Below, piece after piece: positions 18,649-29,208 of a stretch of 64,000 nt of DNA (its first letter is position 1; each line of letters starts with the position of its first letter). The stretch is taken from assembly GCA_965231135.1 (NCBI GenBank), contig OZ246419.1:321488-385487 (forward strand). The letters run 5' to 3'. The translations under genes and the position numbers were made by a program. This DNA comes from an uncultured Gammaproteobacteria bacterium (GTDB taxonomy: Bacteria; Patescibacteriota; Microgenomatia; UBA8517). The notes under the pieces were generated by a model. The model made no database searches, was not told the DNA's origin, and worked only from the letters and a program-made list of their open reading frames with translations.

Positions 18649-19562
18649 CTAAGATCTTCATAATAGTTTTGAATTGGAATCAGCCAAAATTAACAATTGA
18701 GACATTTCAGAGTTTACAAAAACTAAAAGTAACAAAAGAATTTCAGGTGAAAATTATAATTGTTGATAACGGAAGCAATGATAATTCTGTTGCTGAATTT
18801 AGAAAGTTAAAGCCGGGAAAATTTTCTTTGGAAATAATGGAAGCAGGGCGGAATTTAGGATTTGCTGCAGGAAATAATTTAGGAATGAAATATGCAATCG
18901 ATAAAAATGCAGATTATGTGCTTCTCGTAAATAATGATGTAATTGTTGACTCAAATTTGCTTACGAATTTGCTAAAAAAAGCAGAAGAAAATAAAAATAA
19001 CGCGATAATCTCACCTAAGATTTATTTTGCTAAGGGATTTGAATTTCATAAGAAATACAAAAAAACAGAACTCGGGAAAGTTATTTGGTACGCCGGAGGA
19101 AAAATTGATTGGAAGAATATTTACGCGACAAATAATGGAGTTGATGAAATCGATAAAAAACAATACGACAAATCGAAAGAAATCGATTTTGCAACAGGAG
19201 CATGTATGTTGATTAACATAAAAGCTTTAAAAGAGGTTGGTCTTTTTGATGAGAAATATTTTATGTATTTAGAAGATGCAGATTTATCTGTACGTCTAGG
19301 AAAAAAAGGTTACAAAATAATTTATGAGCCAAGGGCATTTTTGTGGCACAAAGTAGCACAATCCTCTGGAATAGGAAGTGATCTAAATGATTATTTTATT
19401 TCCAGAAACAGACTTTTATTTGGATTTAAATATGCAAAGATGCGAGCAAAATTTGCATTATTCAGAGAATCTTTAAGATTATTTATAATGGGACGTCACT
19501 TCCAGGGAGTTGGAATACGAGATTTTTATTTAAGAAAATTTAGAAAAGGGAGTTGGGAATGA
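18645..19562 (+). CDS. GT2 glycosyltransferase (rhamnosyl/GalNAc-transferase-like, PF00535-type)
   Basis: 305 aa. FIIVLNWN, IIIVDNGSNDNS, GFAAGNNLG, LLVNNDV and GACMLI motifs are present. Confidence 0.85.
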   Translation: MTKIFIIVLNWNQPKLTIETFQSLQKLKVTKEFQVKIIIVDNGSNDNSVAEFRKLKPGKFSLEIMEAGRNLGFAAGNNLGMKYAIDKNADYVLLVNNDVIVDSNLLTNLLKKAEENKNNAIISPKIYFAKGFEFHKKYKKTELGKVIWYAGGKIDWKNIYATNNGVDEIDKKQYDKSKEIDFATGACMLINIKALKEVGLFDEKYFMYLEDADLSVRLGKKGYKIIYEPRAFLWHKVAQSSGIGSDLNDYFISRNRLLFGFKYAKMRAKFALFRESLRLFIMGRHFQGVGIRDFYLRKFRKGSWE

Positions 19563-20314
19563 TTAGTGCAATTATAATTACAAAAAATGAAGAGAAACAT
19601 ATTGAAGAATGTTTAAAATCAATTAGGTGGTGTGACGAAATTGTTGTAGTTGACACTGGAAATACTGACAAAACAAATGATATTGCAAAAAAATATCATA
19701 CAAAGATTATTAAATATTTGGGAAATGGAAGTTTTGATGCATGGCGCAACTTAGGAATTAAAAATGCAAAAAGTGACTGGGTATTTTATATTGATGCTGA
19801 TGAAAGATGTGCTGATAAACTTCAAAATGAAATCTTAGATAAACTTTCTGATATAAGATTTAACGGATTTGCAGTTCCCAGGCGCAATTTTATTTTTGGA
19901 AAAGAGTTTAAACATAGCGGACAATATCCAGATTATCAAAAGAGAATTTTTAGAAAAAGTGCTTTTAAGAAGTGGACAGGAGATGTTCACGAAGAACCTC
20001 AGTTTGAAGGAGAATTAGGACATATGGAAAATCCTATGATTCATAAAAAAAATATGACTTTGAGCGAGATGGTTGCTAAAACAAACAGTTGGTCTGAAAA
20101 AGAAGCGAAATTGATGTATGATGCAAAACATCCAAGAATGAATGTGCCAAGATTTTTTACAGCAATGGCGAGAGAATTTTGGAAAAGGATGATTTTGGAA
20201 ATGGCGTTTTTAGATGGGCCAGAAGGAATTATCTACGCGATTTATCAGGTATTTAGTAAGTTTACGAGTTATGCAAAACTTTATGAACTTCAAATTAAGA
20301 GCAGTGTTGGTTGA
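19553..20314 (+). CDS. GT2 glycosyltransferase (KdtX/WaaE-like subgroup)
   Basis: 253 aa. ISAIIITKNEEKHIEECLKSIRWCDEIVVVDTGNTD...YIDADE. Confidence 0.8.
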   Translation: MGMISAIIITKNEEKHIEECLKSIRWCDEIVVVDTGNTDKTNDIAKKYHTKIIKYLGNGSFDAWRNLGIKNAKSDWVFYIDADERCADKLQNEILDKLSDIRFNGFAVPRRNFIFGKEFKHSGQYPDYQKRIFRKSAFKKWTGDVHEEPQFEGELGHMENPMIHKKNMTLSEMVAKTNSWSEKEAKLMYDAKHPRMNVPRFFTAMAREFWKRMILEMAFLDGPEGIIYAIYQVFSKFTSYAKLYELQIKSSVG

Positions 20315-20596
20315 TTAATTCGGCTAAAAAAGTTTGGAATCTTAATATTAAACTAAATGTTTCAAAAACGAGAGATAAACATTCTTGTTTGTAATATTCT
20401 AATTGTTGGGAACTGGTCAGGTTTGGATTTTTACTAATATAAGATGTTGTGATTAAACTTATTGATGCAAGTGTAAACAAACTCTCAGATACTTTATTAG
20501 TTAATCGTATTACTTGTACTGGTTTAAAATCTATTTTATGTTCCAAATATTCTTTCATGTTAACAGTATTATATGTTATGCTTGGTTTAGGTTCAA

Positions 20597-21610
20597 ATGA
20601 AAGCTGCAATTTTTAATCCCTATTTAGATACTCTTGGCGGAGGAGAGAGATATACAATGGCGATTGCGACTGCACTTCTAAAAAATAATTATGTTGTTGA
20701 TGTTGAATGGAAAGACAACGAAATTAAAGAAAAGCTGGAAAAAAGATTTGGAATTGATTTAAAGAAAATTAATTTTGTAAAAGATATTAAAAGAGGAGAT
20801 GGGTATGATATTTGTTTTTGGGTCTCTGATGGGAGTGTACCAGCTCTTCGGGCACGGAAGAATTTCCTTCATTTTCAAGTACCGTTTCAAAGAGTAAATG
20901 GACAATCGCTTCTTAATAAATTTAAATTAATGCGTATTAATAAAATAATTGTAAATTCTAATTTTACAAAAAACATTATTGATAAGGAATTCGGAATAAA
21001 CTCCTTTGTTTTATATCCTCCAGTTGCTGTCGATGATTTTAAAGGAAAAAAGAAAGAAAATATAATTTTAAATGTTGCAAGATTTTCAAATTTAATGCAA
21101 AACAAAAGACAAGATGTTTTAATAAAAACTTTCGCAGCTTTTAGTAAAGCGAACGAAAGTTATAAACTTGTTTTGGCTGGAGGAATTGAAGTTGGCGCAG
21201 AAGAATATGTAAAAGAACTTACACTTCAAATTAAAGATTATCCTATTGAAATAATTAAAAGCCCAGACTTTAAAACACTTAAAGATTTATATTCAAAGGC
21301 AAAAATTTTCTGGTCTGCTAGCGGATTTGGCAGCGATACTCCGCAAAAGAAAGAGCATTTTGGAATTACTGTTGTTGAAGCAATGGCTGCTTCTTGTGTT
21401 CCTGTTATTTTTAATGATGGAGGACATCGGGAAATTGTTCAAAATACCGTAAATGGTTTTTTGTGGGATGATGCTCATGAGCTTTATAGATATACTAAAA
21501 AAATTTTGGATGATGAAAGTTTAAGAAAACAAATGGCTCTTTTTGCAAGTAAAACAGCACAAAATTTTTCTTATGAAGAGTTTGAGGAAAAGTTTAAACA
21601 ATTGATATAA
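20597..21610 (+). CDS. GT4 glycosyltransferase
   Basis: 337 aa. C-terminal EX7E-type motif EHFGITVVEAMAASCVPV...DGG. The N-terminal domain is typical of GT-B. Confidence 0.85.
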   Translation: MKAAIFNPYLDTLGGGERYTMAIATALLKNNYVVDVEWKDNEIKEKLEKRFGIDLKKINFVKDIKRGDGYDICFWVSDGSVPALRARKNFLHFQVPFQRVNGQSLLNKFKLMRINKIIVNSNFTKNIIDKEFGINSFVLYPPVAVDDFKGKKKENIILNVARFSNLMQNKRQDVLIKTFAAFSKANESYKLVLAGGIEVGAEEYVKELTLQIKDYPIEIIKSPDFKTLKDLYSKAKIFWSASGFGSDTPQKKEHFGITVVEAMAASCVPVIFNDGGHREIVQNTVNGFLWDDAHELYRYTKKILDDESLRKQMALFASKTAQNFSYEEFEEKFKQLI

Positions 21611-21655
21611 ATTTATATTGCTTCACTAACTTTTGGGATTTATACTTGAGTAGTT

Positions 21656-23182
21656 ATGAAACGGAGTGTTTTAGTTTTACTTTTTTTAATTTTTATTTTT
21701 GGATATTTCCTTCGTATAATGTTTTTGCATAATAACATTTTAACTTTTGGTTATGACCAGGCGCGAGATGCTGTCAATGCTTTGGAGATTGCACACGGAC
21801 ACTTGAAGATTTTTGGACCGCCGGCAAGCCAACCAGGTCTTTTTCATGGCGTATTTTATTATTATGTTTTAGCTCCATTTTATTTAATTGGAAGAGGAAG
21901 TCCTATCGTTGCAGCTTACGGAATTGCTCTTATAAATTCACTTACAATTTTAATTGTTTTTTATTTGACATTTTTGATGACTAAAAACATTAAGACTTCT
22001 TTGATTGCAGGTTTTCTCTATGCAATTTCTTTTGAAGCCACTCAATATGCAACTTGGCTTTCAAATCCAACACTTGGGATTGTAACGGTTCCATTAATGT
22101 ATCTGGGGCTTTGGGAATGGATTAATCGTAAAGAAAAATATTGGCTTATTATTGCTGCCCTTGGATTAGGACTCTCGATACAATCAGAAATATTTCTGGC
22201 ATATCATATCGTTCCCTTAGTGATTTGGCTTTATATTGGACGAAAAAATGTAACAAGAAAGCAATTGATGACTTTTGGCGGAGTTTTAATTTTAACTTTA
22301 TTAACTATGTTTTTGGCGCAATTAAAATTTGGAATTGTACCAACAATTAACGCTGTTAAAAGCTTGGCAAATGGAGATAACGGAAACTTGGCATATGAAA
22401 AATCGATTGGTGATTATTTAATTCTATATTTGAATCAAACTGGAAGAATATTTTCATTTAATTCCTACCCGGGAAATGTGGGATGGAGTTTTGTATTAGT
22501 AATTGCAATGGCAATTACAGGAATTATAAAACATGATAGAAAAATATTATTTCTAGATACTTGGCTTTTTTCTCATTTGTCGGTTGTTACAGTTGGAGGA
22601 ACTTCTACTCCATTTTTAATGGTGGGAATTGGTCCCGCTGTTTCAATTTTGATTGCAAGTTTTATTGGAACATGGATAAATAAAAAATATTACATACTTG
22701 CTTTTGCTGTTTTGATTATTTTAATCTATGGAAATATTTCGATGACTATTTCTCAAAATAAAAACGCTGCTACACTTTTTTCAATTCAAAAAGATATGGT
22801 TTTAAATAAAGAAATTTCTGCAGTTGATTATACATATAGTAATGCAAATGGAAAACCTTTTAGTGTTAATACTCTTACATCTCCTCTTTGGGTAAATATT
22901 GTCTGGTCATATTTATATAAATGGTATGGGCAGGATAAGTATAATTACATTCCAACTTGGCACGGGAGAGGGCAGGAAGGACAAGTGATTGCACTTAATG
23001 ATGATAATAACAAATGGAATCTGGGATTTTCAATTATTGAACCGCAAGACGGAATACCGCCACAGTATTTGCCAGAATTTATGGGTCAAGAGAATTCCTA
23101 TTCAAAGATAGTTGGCGAAAAAAGTTTTGGCGCAATTTTGGTACAAGAAAGAGATAAACAGAACTTGAAAATTCTACCTTGA
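21656..23182 (+). CDS. GT-C-like polytopic membrane glycosyltransferase, paralog family B
   Basis: 508 aa, multi-TM. Loop reads FGYDQARDAVNALE...IFGPPASQPGLFHGVFYYYVLAP. Confidence 0.7.
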   Translation: MKRSVLVLLFLIFIFGYFLRIMFLHNNILTFGYDQARDAVNALEIAHGHLKIFGPPASQPGLFHGVFYYYVLAPFYLIGRGSPIVAAYGIALINSLTILIVFYLTFLMTKNIKTSLIAGFLYAISFEATQYATWLSNPTLGIVTVPLMYLGLWEWINRKEKYWLIIAALGLGLSIQSEIFLAYHIVPLVIWLYIGRKNVTRKQLMTFGGVLILTLLTMFLAQLKFGIVPTINAVKSLANGDNGNLAYEKSIGDYLILYLNQTGRIFSFNSYPGNVGWSFVLVIAMAITGIIKHDRKILFLDTWLFSHLSVVTVGGTSTPFLMVGIGPAVSILIASFIGTWINKKYYILAFAVLIILIYGNISMTISQNKNAATLFSIQKDMVLNKEISAVDYTYSNANGKPFSVNTLTSPLWVNIVWSYLYKWYGQDKYNYIPTWHGRGQEGQVIALNDDNNKWNLGFSIIEPQDGIPPQYLPEFMGQENSYSKIVGEKSFGAILVQERDKQNLKILP

Positions 23183-23223
23183 AAGTTATAGGAATGTTAA
23201 AATTAATAAATAAAAGTATATAA

Positions 23224-24111
23224 ATGAATATTACAATTGTAATACCAAACTTTAACGGAAAAGAATTGCTTTCTAAGAATTTACCTTTTGTTTTGGATGC
23301 TAAAAATAATAAGAAAAATAATATTAAAGAAATTATCATTTCTGATGATGCTTCAACAGATGATTCCATCGAATTTTTAGAAAAAAATTATGAAAAAAAA
23401 GTTAGAATAATTTCTCATGAAAAAAATGGCGGATTTGCAGCAAATGTTAACGATGCTGTTACAAAAGCAAAGAGAGAATTGGTTTGTTTGTTGAATAGCG
23501 ATGTTGTGGTGGGTAAAAATTTTTTGGAAACTATTCAAAAAGATTTTGAAGATAATCAAGTCTTTGCTGTATCTTTACATGAAAAAGGATTTGGCTACGC
23601 AAAAGGAATTTTTAAAGATGGTTTTATAATTCATGAAGGTCAATCAGAAAGAAATGGTGTATTTGAAAGTTTTTGGGCAAGTGGAGGAAGCGCTGTTTTT
23701 AGGAAAGATGTTTGGGACGAACTTAATGGTTTTGATTCAGAACTTTTCCCATTTTATTTTGAAGATTTGGACTTGTCTTATAGAGCACAAAAAAGAGGTT
23801 ATAAAATTCTCTGGGATTCAAAGACCAATGTGATACATAAACATGAATCAACTTATAAATTATTGGATCAAAATTATGTAAAGAGAATGCGCGAAAGAAA
23901 TTATTTACTTTTTAACTGGAAAAACATAACGAGCAATAATTTATCACGAAAACATTTTACTGCTTTGGTGAAAAAAATATTTATGCATCCTGGATATTTA
24001 AGAATAGTGTTTATGGCAATGGCGAAAAGAAAGGAATTACATAAATCAAGAAGTATTGAACTTAAAAATTCTAAGGTTAGTGATGAAGCAATTTTTGCAA
24101 AATGGAATTAA
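23224..24111 (+). CDS. GT2 glycosyltransferase
   Basis: 295 aa. ITIVIPNFN, IIISDDASTDDS, NGGFAANVN, LLNSDV and SGGSAVF motifs are present. Confidence 0.85.
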   Translation: MNITIVIPNFNGKELLSKNLPFVLDAKNNKKNNIKEIIISDDASTDDSIEFLEKNYEKKVRIISHEKNGGFAANVNDAVTKAKRELVCLLNSDVVVGKNFLETIQKDFEDNQVFAVSLHEKGFGYAKGIFKDGFIIHEGQSERNGVFESFWASGGSAVFRKDVWDELNGFDSELFPFYFEDLDLSYRAQKRGYKILWDSKTNVIHKHESTYKLLDQNYVKRMRERNYLLFNWKNITSNNLSRKHFTALVKKIFMHPGYLRIVFMAMAKRKELHKSRSIELKNSKVSDEAIFAKWN

Positions 24112-24830
24112 GCATAATTATTGTTAATTTTAAAACGGATAAATTGGTTGCTGATTGTGTTGCCTCAATCAAAAAAAATACAAAAGTGAAACATGAAGTG
24201 ATTGTTATTGATAACAGTATTGATAATAAAGGGTTTGCAAAGGCAAATAATATCGGAATTGATAAAGCAAAAGGGAAATATGTTTTGCTTTTGAACTCTG
24301 ATACTGTTGTTAAAAAAAATGCGATTGATAAACTTCTAGAGTTTGCAAAAACAAAAGATGATGCCGGAGTTATTGCTCCAAAACTTTTAAATAAAGACGG
24401 AAGTGTTCAAGATTCTGTTTTTTATTTCCCAACAATAGTCAATGCAATAAAAGAATTTTGGTTTGGCCAGAAAGGACTATTTGGTTTGTATGTTCCAAAA
24501 GTTAATGAACCAATTGAAGTTGATGCAGTTGTTGGTGCTGCCTTTTTAATTACACCAAAAGCACTTGAGAAAGTTGGTAAATTAAATGAAAAATATTTTT
24601 TTTATTATGAGGATTTAGATTATTGTAGGGAAATTTGGAAAAGCGGACTTAAAGTTTACTATTTGCCTGATGCCGAAGTAATTCATTTGAAAGGTGCAAG
24701 CGGAAAAAGTTTGGCTAATGAAGATCAGCAATGGAAAAGATTAATTCCTTCAAGTAAAATTTATAATGGATTAGTTAAATATTATATTTTGTTTTTTATT
24801 ATGTGGATTGGACAAAAGATAGGAAAATGA
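24102..24830 (+). CDS. GT2 glycosyltransferase
   Basis: 242 aa. LSIIIVNFK, VIVIDNS, GFAKANNIG, LLNSDT, GAAFLI and YEDLDY motifs are present. Confidence 0.85.
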   Translation: MELSIIIVNFKTDKLVADCVASIKKNTKVKHEVIVIDNSIDNKGFAKANNIGIDKAKGKYVLLLNSDTVVKKNAIDKLLEFAKTKDDAGVIAPKLLNKDGSVQDSVFYFPTIVNAIKEFWFGQKGLFGLYVPKVNEPIEVDAVVGAAFLITPKALEKVGKLNEKYFFYYEDLDYCREIWKSGLKVYYLPDAEVIHLKGASGKSLANEDQQWKRLIPSSKIYNGLVKYYILFFIMWIGQKIGK

Positions 24831-25387
24831 AAAATGCACTAATTATTCATGGAGTTTGTGACGAAGAAGAATATTTTAATGAAAAATATCCATCTCTTTC
24901 TAATTCTCATTGGTTTCCTTGGCTGCAAAAACAATTATTAATAAAAAATATTTTTACCCAAACTCCGGAAATGCTAGAGCCTTGGAAATTAGATTATTCA
25001 AAATGGAAAGAAGTATTTGAGAAGTTCGACGTAAATGAAAATTCTATTTTGATAGGTCATAGTTGTGGTGCAGGATTTTTAGTTAGATGGCTTTCTGAAA
25101 ATAAAAAATATATAGATAAGTTAATTCTGGTTGCACCTTGGATAGATCCAAACCAGAAATGGTCAAAAGATTTTTTTAATTTTGATATAGATCTTGGTAT
25201 GACCGATCGTGTAAATATAATTCATATTTTATTTTCTAAAGACGATGATCAAGATATATTAAAATCATTTGAGATAATAAATAAAGTCTTAATAAATGCG
25301 AAAATACATGAATTTAAAGATAAAGGCCATTTTACATTGGAGGATATGAAAACAGATAAATTTCCAGAGCTTTTAGAATTAATATGA
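24803..25387 (+). CDS. small alpha/beta serine hydrolase (YdeN/RBBP9-like)
   Basis: 194 aa. GHSCG nucleophile elbow (ILIGHSCGAGFL). Size and layout match the roughly 190-aa Ser_hydrolase family. Confidence 0.55.
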   Translation: MDWTKDRKMKNALIIHGVCDEEEYFNEKYPSLSNSHWFPWLQKQLLIKNIFTQTPEMLEPWKLDYSKWKEVFEKFDVNENSILIGHSCGAGFLVRWLSENKKYIDKLILVAPWIDPNQKWSKDFFNFDIDLGMTDRVNIIHILFSKDDDQDILKSFEIINKVLINAKIHEFKDKGHFTLEDMKTDKFPELLELI

Positions 25388-27075
25388 AAATATTTAAAAA
25401 TTCAAAATTAATTTTAGTTGGAGTATTAATAATTGCTTTTATTTTAAGAATTTATCAAATAGATAAAGTTCCTGTAAGTCTTTTTGGGGATGAACTTGAT
25501 TTGGGTTATCAGGCATATTCAATCTTGCATACTGGCAAAGATTATTATGGAAACTCATGGCCTCTACAATTTCATTCGATTGCTGAATATCGAACGCCCC
25601 TTTATTTATATTCTGCTGTGCCGACAGTTGCAATTTTTGGAATTTCTCCGCTTGGAGTAAGACTTCCGGCTGTAATTTTTGGATTGCTGGGAATTTGGGC
25701 CCTTTATTTATTAACTAAAGAATTAACAAAACGAGAAGACCTAGCGTTAGTTGCTGCAGCAGTCTTAACTTTTTCTCCATGGGATTTACAATATTCAAGA
25801 GCTGGTTTTGAAGTTACAGAATTACTTTTCTTTTTGATAATTGGACTTTACTTTTTCTTTAAGGCAATTAATGGCAAAGGGAAATATTTATGGATTAGTG
25901 TAATCTGTTTTATTATTTGTCCCTGGATTTATAGTACAGCAAAACTTTTTATCCCGATTTTGTTTGTGTTTTTATTTGTTGTTTATTTTAAAGAAATTTT
26001 TAAATTAAATCGAAAATATATTATTTATACAATTATTGCAGGACTTTTGATGGGATTGCCTCTTACTTATTCAATTTTAAAAACTCCACAAAGATTTGAT
26101 TATATCAGCGTTTTTAGTGATTCAACAATGCAGGGAAATATCGGAACTTTGAGAGAGCGAGATCTTGCGATGGGAGAAAGCAGTTTTGTTGCAAAGATTT
26201 TTGAAAATAAATTTACATATTTGGGGAAAGAAGTTCTAGAGCATTATGGACAAACTTTGTCTGCTGATTTTTTCTTTAACCAAGGAGATCCAAATTTGAG
26301 ACAGTCGCCAACTGGAATGGGGGAGTTTTATAAAATTGAAGCAGTTTCAATGATTGCAGGAATTGTTTTATTTTTTGCGCTATACAAAGACAAAAAGGCA
26401 AAACTGTTAATTGGATTTTGGGTAGTTGTTGGAGTTCTTCCGTCTGCATTAACTCGTGACGGAGGAAATCATGCAACAAGACTTATTTTAATTTTGCCGC
26501 CATTAACGTTTTTAATTGCTTATGGAATTGTTGAAGGCATTAAATTATTCAAAGGAAATTACAAGAAACTGGCTCTGATTTTTTATGTAGGAGGTTTTTT
26601 GCTTTGTTTTGCAATGTATATTCATAATTATTACGTGCATTATCCCTGGGATAGCGAGATTTGGTGGCATGCTGGATACCAAGAAGCGATAACTGATGTA
26701 AAAAATTTACAAAAAAATTATAAAACTGTTGTTATTTCGACAGCGAACGAACCGCCTTGGATATTTTTTGCCGCTTGGTATCCTTATCCGCCAGCAGACT
26801 GGCAAAAGAATTTTCCAATTGGAAATGATGTCGAATTAAAGGGTTTTGGAAAAGTTTCTCATATTGATAAGTTTTATTTTGGAACACCAGAAGATTCTGG
26901 AATTTATAACATTGGTAAAGATCTTAGTCCACAAACTTTATATCTTGCTGATGCAAAAGAAAGCAATGTCGATTTTATAAAAGAACCAAATCGTGTACCG
27001 AAAGATTTAGTACTTCTAAAAGCAATTGCATATCCATCTGGAGAACCTGCGTTTTACATTTTTACTGGGAAATGA
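25384..27075 (+). CDS. ArnT/PMT-like GT-C membrane glycosyltransferase, paralog family A
   Basis: 563 aa. Loop reads LFGDELDLGYQAYSILHTGKDYYGNSWPL...RLPAVIFG. About 11 TM helices and a C-terminal soluble domain. Confidence 0.75.
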   Translation: MKIFKNSKLILVGVLIIAFILRIYQIDKVPVSLFGDELDLGYQAYSILHTGKDYYGNSWPLQFHSIAEYRTPLYLYSAVPTVAIFGISPLGVRLPAVIFGLLGIWALYLLTKELTKREDLALVAAAVLTFSPWDLQYSRAGFEVTELLFFLIIGLYFFFKAINGKGKYLWISVICFIICPWIYSTAKLFIPILFVFLFVVYFKEIFKLNRKYIIYTIIAGLLMGLPLTYSILKTPQRFDYISVFSDSTMQGNIGTLRERDLAMGESSFVAKIFENKFTYLGKEVLEHYGQTLSADFFFNQGDPNLRQSPTGMGEFYKIEAVSMIAGIVLFFALYKDKKAKLLIGFWVVVGVLPSALTRDGGNHATRLILILPPLTFLIAYGIVEGIKLFKGNYKKLALIFYVGGFLLCFAMYIHNYYVHYPWDSEIWWHAGYQEAITDVKNLQKNYKTVVISTANEPPWIFFAAWYPYPPADWQKNFPIGNDVELKGFGKVSHIDKFYFGTPEDSGIYNIGKDLSPQTLYLADAKESNVDFIKEPNRVPKDLVLLKAIAYPSGEPAFYIFTGK

Positions 27076-27449
27076 AATTGGGGAATAAAAATAAGTTTGT
27101 AAAAGGAAATATAAAAGATAATTCTGTAAAAGGTTATTTTGTTGGGAGATTTTTGGATGATAAAGGATTTCCATTACAGGAAACAGATGAAGTAGAAATT
27201 GCATGGAAAAAGTTAGGACCAGAAGATAGTTATGTTGAAGGCCATTATCATAAAGGCGGAGTTGAAATTAATATAGTTATTGACGGCAGTTGTTCGATGG
27301 TTGTAAATAAAATAAAAGTTGAGCTAGTAAGAGGAGAATTCTTAATTGTATACCCGGAATCCATTTTGAGTAATTTTGAGGTTAAAGAAAGTGTTGAAAT
27401 GATTGTGGTGAAAGCTCCTAGTGTTTTTGATGATAAATTTAGTGTTTAA
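27072..27449 (+). CDS. small cupin-fold protein (possibly FdtA/WxcM-like sugar isomerase)
   Basis: 125 aa. EGHYHKGGVEINIVIDGS...LVRGEFLIVYPES two-motif cupin pattern. The size matches single-domain cupins. Confidence 0.45.
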   Translation: MKLGNKNKFVKGNIKDNSVKGYFVGRFLDDKGFPLQETDEVEIAWKKLGPEDSYVEGHYHKGGVEINIVIDGSCSMVVNKIKVELVRGEFLIVYPESILSNFEVKESVEMIVVKAPSVFDDKFSV

Positions 27450-29208
27450 GAGTTTTTGGATTAGTTTCTACAATTCTTAAATCAACATCTCCATCTGGAT
27501 AGTTTATTTGTTTTATTAAAGTTAAATTGTGTTCTTTGATTTGTTGCAAGGAAATTGCAAGTTCATCTCCAATTAGATATTGTTTAACTAATAAATCATG
27601 TTGCCAATCAATCGGACGAGTTGTTATTTTATTTCCATTTGGAACTTCTATAATTTTGTTTTTATTTCTTGTCATATTTGTATAATATTCGTTTAATGGT
27701 ACTTCGAAATTTTCTTTTTGATAAATTACTGGATCTGCTTTTAAGAAAAATGCTAATTGAATATATGGTTCGTTTCGAGAATTATCTACAACTATTGGTA
27801 AATTTTGAGAGTAACCATCGCTTTGCGATGTAAAAGTTTTGATGATATTTGTTGCTTGTTGCCATCCATAATCCCAATCTTCTCCTCTGTAATGTTCATT
27901 TAAGATAATTACTGAACTATATAATTTTAGTAGAGAGTAAATAATTACAAAGATAAAAGTTAGCCAAAAAATAAATTTATAATTTTTATTTTTCACGGAC
28001 GAAGTCCCGCAAGCTTTGCTTATTTTGTTATAAATTTCTACAATGCTTAGTGCTATTAAAATATTTAATGGAATTACCATTTGCAATGATCGGATTGTTG
28101 AATAAGGATCTCGAGTTAGTGCAGCAGGGATTGGCGCGATTAATAAAAATGATATGACAAAAAATCTTAGTTCCTTTAATTCTTTTTTCTTTACTATTAA
28201 ATATAATCCATAAATATAAAAAGGAAATTGCCAGACAAAAAAAGTTGCAAGCTCTGGAAAAGAACTCCTTGGGCCAGAATCACCAAGAATAAACATTTCT
28301 CGAGGAGAAAAATAAGAAACATATAAAGAACCAAATTCCTGTAATGATAGAAAGATTTTGGAATTTATTATAAAGCCAAATGGTCCTTTGTAGTTTTCAA
28401 TAAACCCTGCGGATTCTTTGACAGTAAAAATATTTAAACCACCCGCTCTTGCTAGAAAACCAGGAGTTGTGGCGATGGATAAAGTTGGTAAGGTAATAAT
28501 GAAGCCAATAGTTCCAGCAATTATTATATATTTAAAATATTTTTTAGAAAACAAAGTTTTTCTGAAACGAATAATAAGAATTAAAATCATTAGAGGGGTA
28601 ACGATTCTTTGTGCATGATATGCAGGAAGCGCAATTGCGAAAAAAAGCGCTGATAAAATTAATAATTTGGGACGATGTGATTTGTAAGCAGAGCTTGTCT
28701 TGCCTATGGCAAGATAAAAAAATAAACAGCCAGTCAAAAAGAAAAATAATGCTACATTGCATTCAAAATTGGTGCGGCCAAACAAAATGTGCCAGGGAGA
28801 AATTGCTAAAAGCAAACAAGTAATTGATGAAAGCAAAAAATGAGTTTTCTTTTCCTTTTGTGGAATTAATTCTTCAAGTAGCAAATACAAAACTGGAAAA
28901 GTGAGCATACTAAAAAAGAAGGAAGGAAAACGGACAGTAAAAGTTGTTAAACCAAAAATTGGGATTAATGGAACTATTAAATATATATAAACTGGAGTTT
29001 TAAAATCTGTGAAACTTCTAAAAACTATCGGAAAAGATCTGCCAAATTCATCTTTGCCTGTTTTTAAAATAGAATATGCCGAGTAGCCTTGACCTGCCTC
29101 ATCAAGATAAAGCCCTGCTGGTGCTTTTCCTAATAAATAAAATCTTGTAATAAACGCAAGTAAAATTGCGAGACTAAAAATTAAGAATGGTAAATATTTC
29201 TTTATCAT
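27439..29208 (-). CDS. ArnT/PMT-like GT-C membrane glycosyltransferase, paralog family A (inverted copy)
   Basis: 589 aa. LDEAGQGYSAYSILKTGKDEFGRSFPI...RFPSFFF, multi-TM with a C-terminal soluble domain. Confidence 0.75.
   Translation of the reverse strand: MIKKYLPFLIFSLAILLAFITRFYLLGKAPAGLYLDEAGQGYSAYSILKTGKDEFGRSFPIVFRSFTDFKTPVYIYLIVPLIPIFGLTTFTVRFPSFFFSMLTFPVLYLLLEELIPQKEKKTHFLLSSITCLLLAISPWHILFGRTNFECNVALFFFLTGCLFFYLAIGKTSSAYKSHRPKLLILSALFFAIALPAYHAQRIVTPLMILILIIRFRKTLFSKKYFKYIIIAGTIGFIITLPTLSIATTPGFLARAGGLNIFTVKESAGFIENYKGPFGFIINSKIFLSLQEFGSLYVSYFSPREMFILGDSGPRSSFPELATFFVWQFPFYIYGLYLIVKKKELKELRFFVISFLLIAPIPAALTRDPYSTIRSLQMVIPLNILIALSIVEIYNKISKACGTSSVKNKNYKFIFWLTFIFVIIYSLLKLYSSVIILNEHYRGEDWDYGWQQATNIIKTFTSQSDGYSQNLPIVVDNSRNEPYIQLAFFLKADPVIYQKENFEVPLNEYYTNMTRNKNKIIEVPNGNKITTRPIDWQHDLLVKQYLIGDELAISLQQIKEHNLTLIKQINYPDGDVDLRIVETNPKTLKH

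Noticed and set aside
20295-20609. 104-aa minus-strand ORF filling the only sizeable intergenic gap (20315-20596) of the + block
   Set aside because: It has no recognisable motif and overlaps both flanking genes' ends. The 282-bp spacer is more plausibly a promoter or regulatory region for the GT4 gene at 20597. I cannot exclude a real small protein without expression data.
27072-27449. Considered calling the 125-aa cupin an RmlC (dTDP-4-dehydrorhamnose 3,5-epimerase)
   Set aside because: It is too short (RmlC is about 180 aa) and lacks the RmlC motifs I remember. It is kept as a generic cupin or FdtA-like candidate only.
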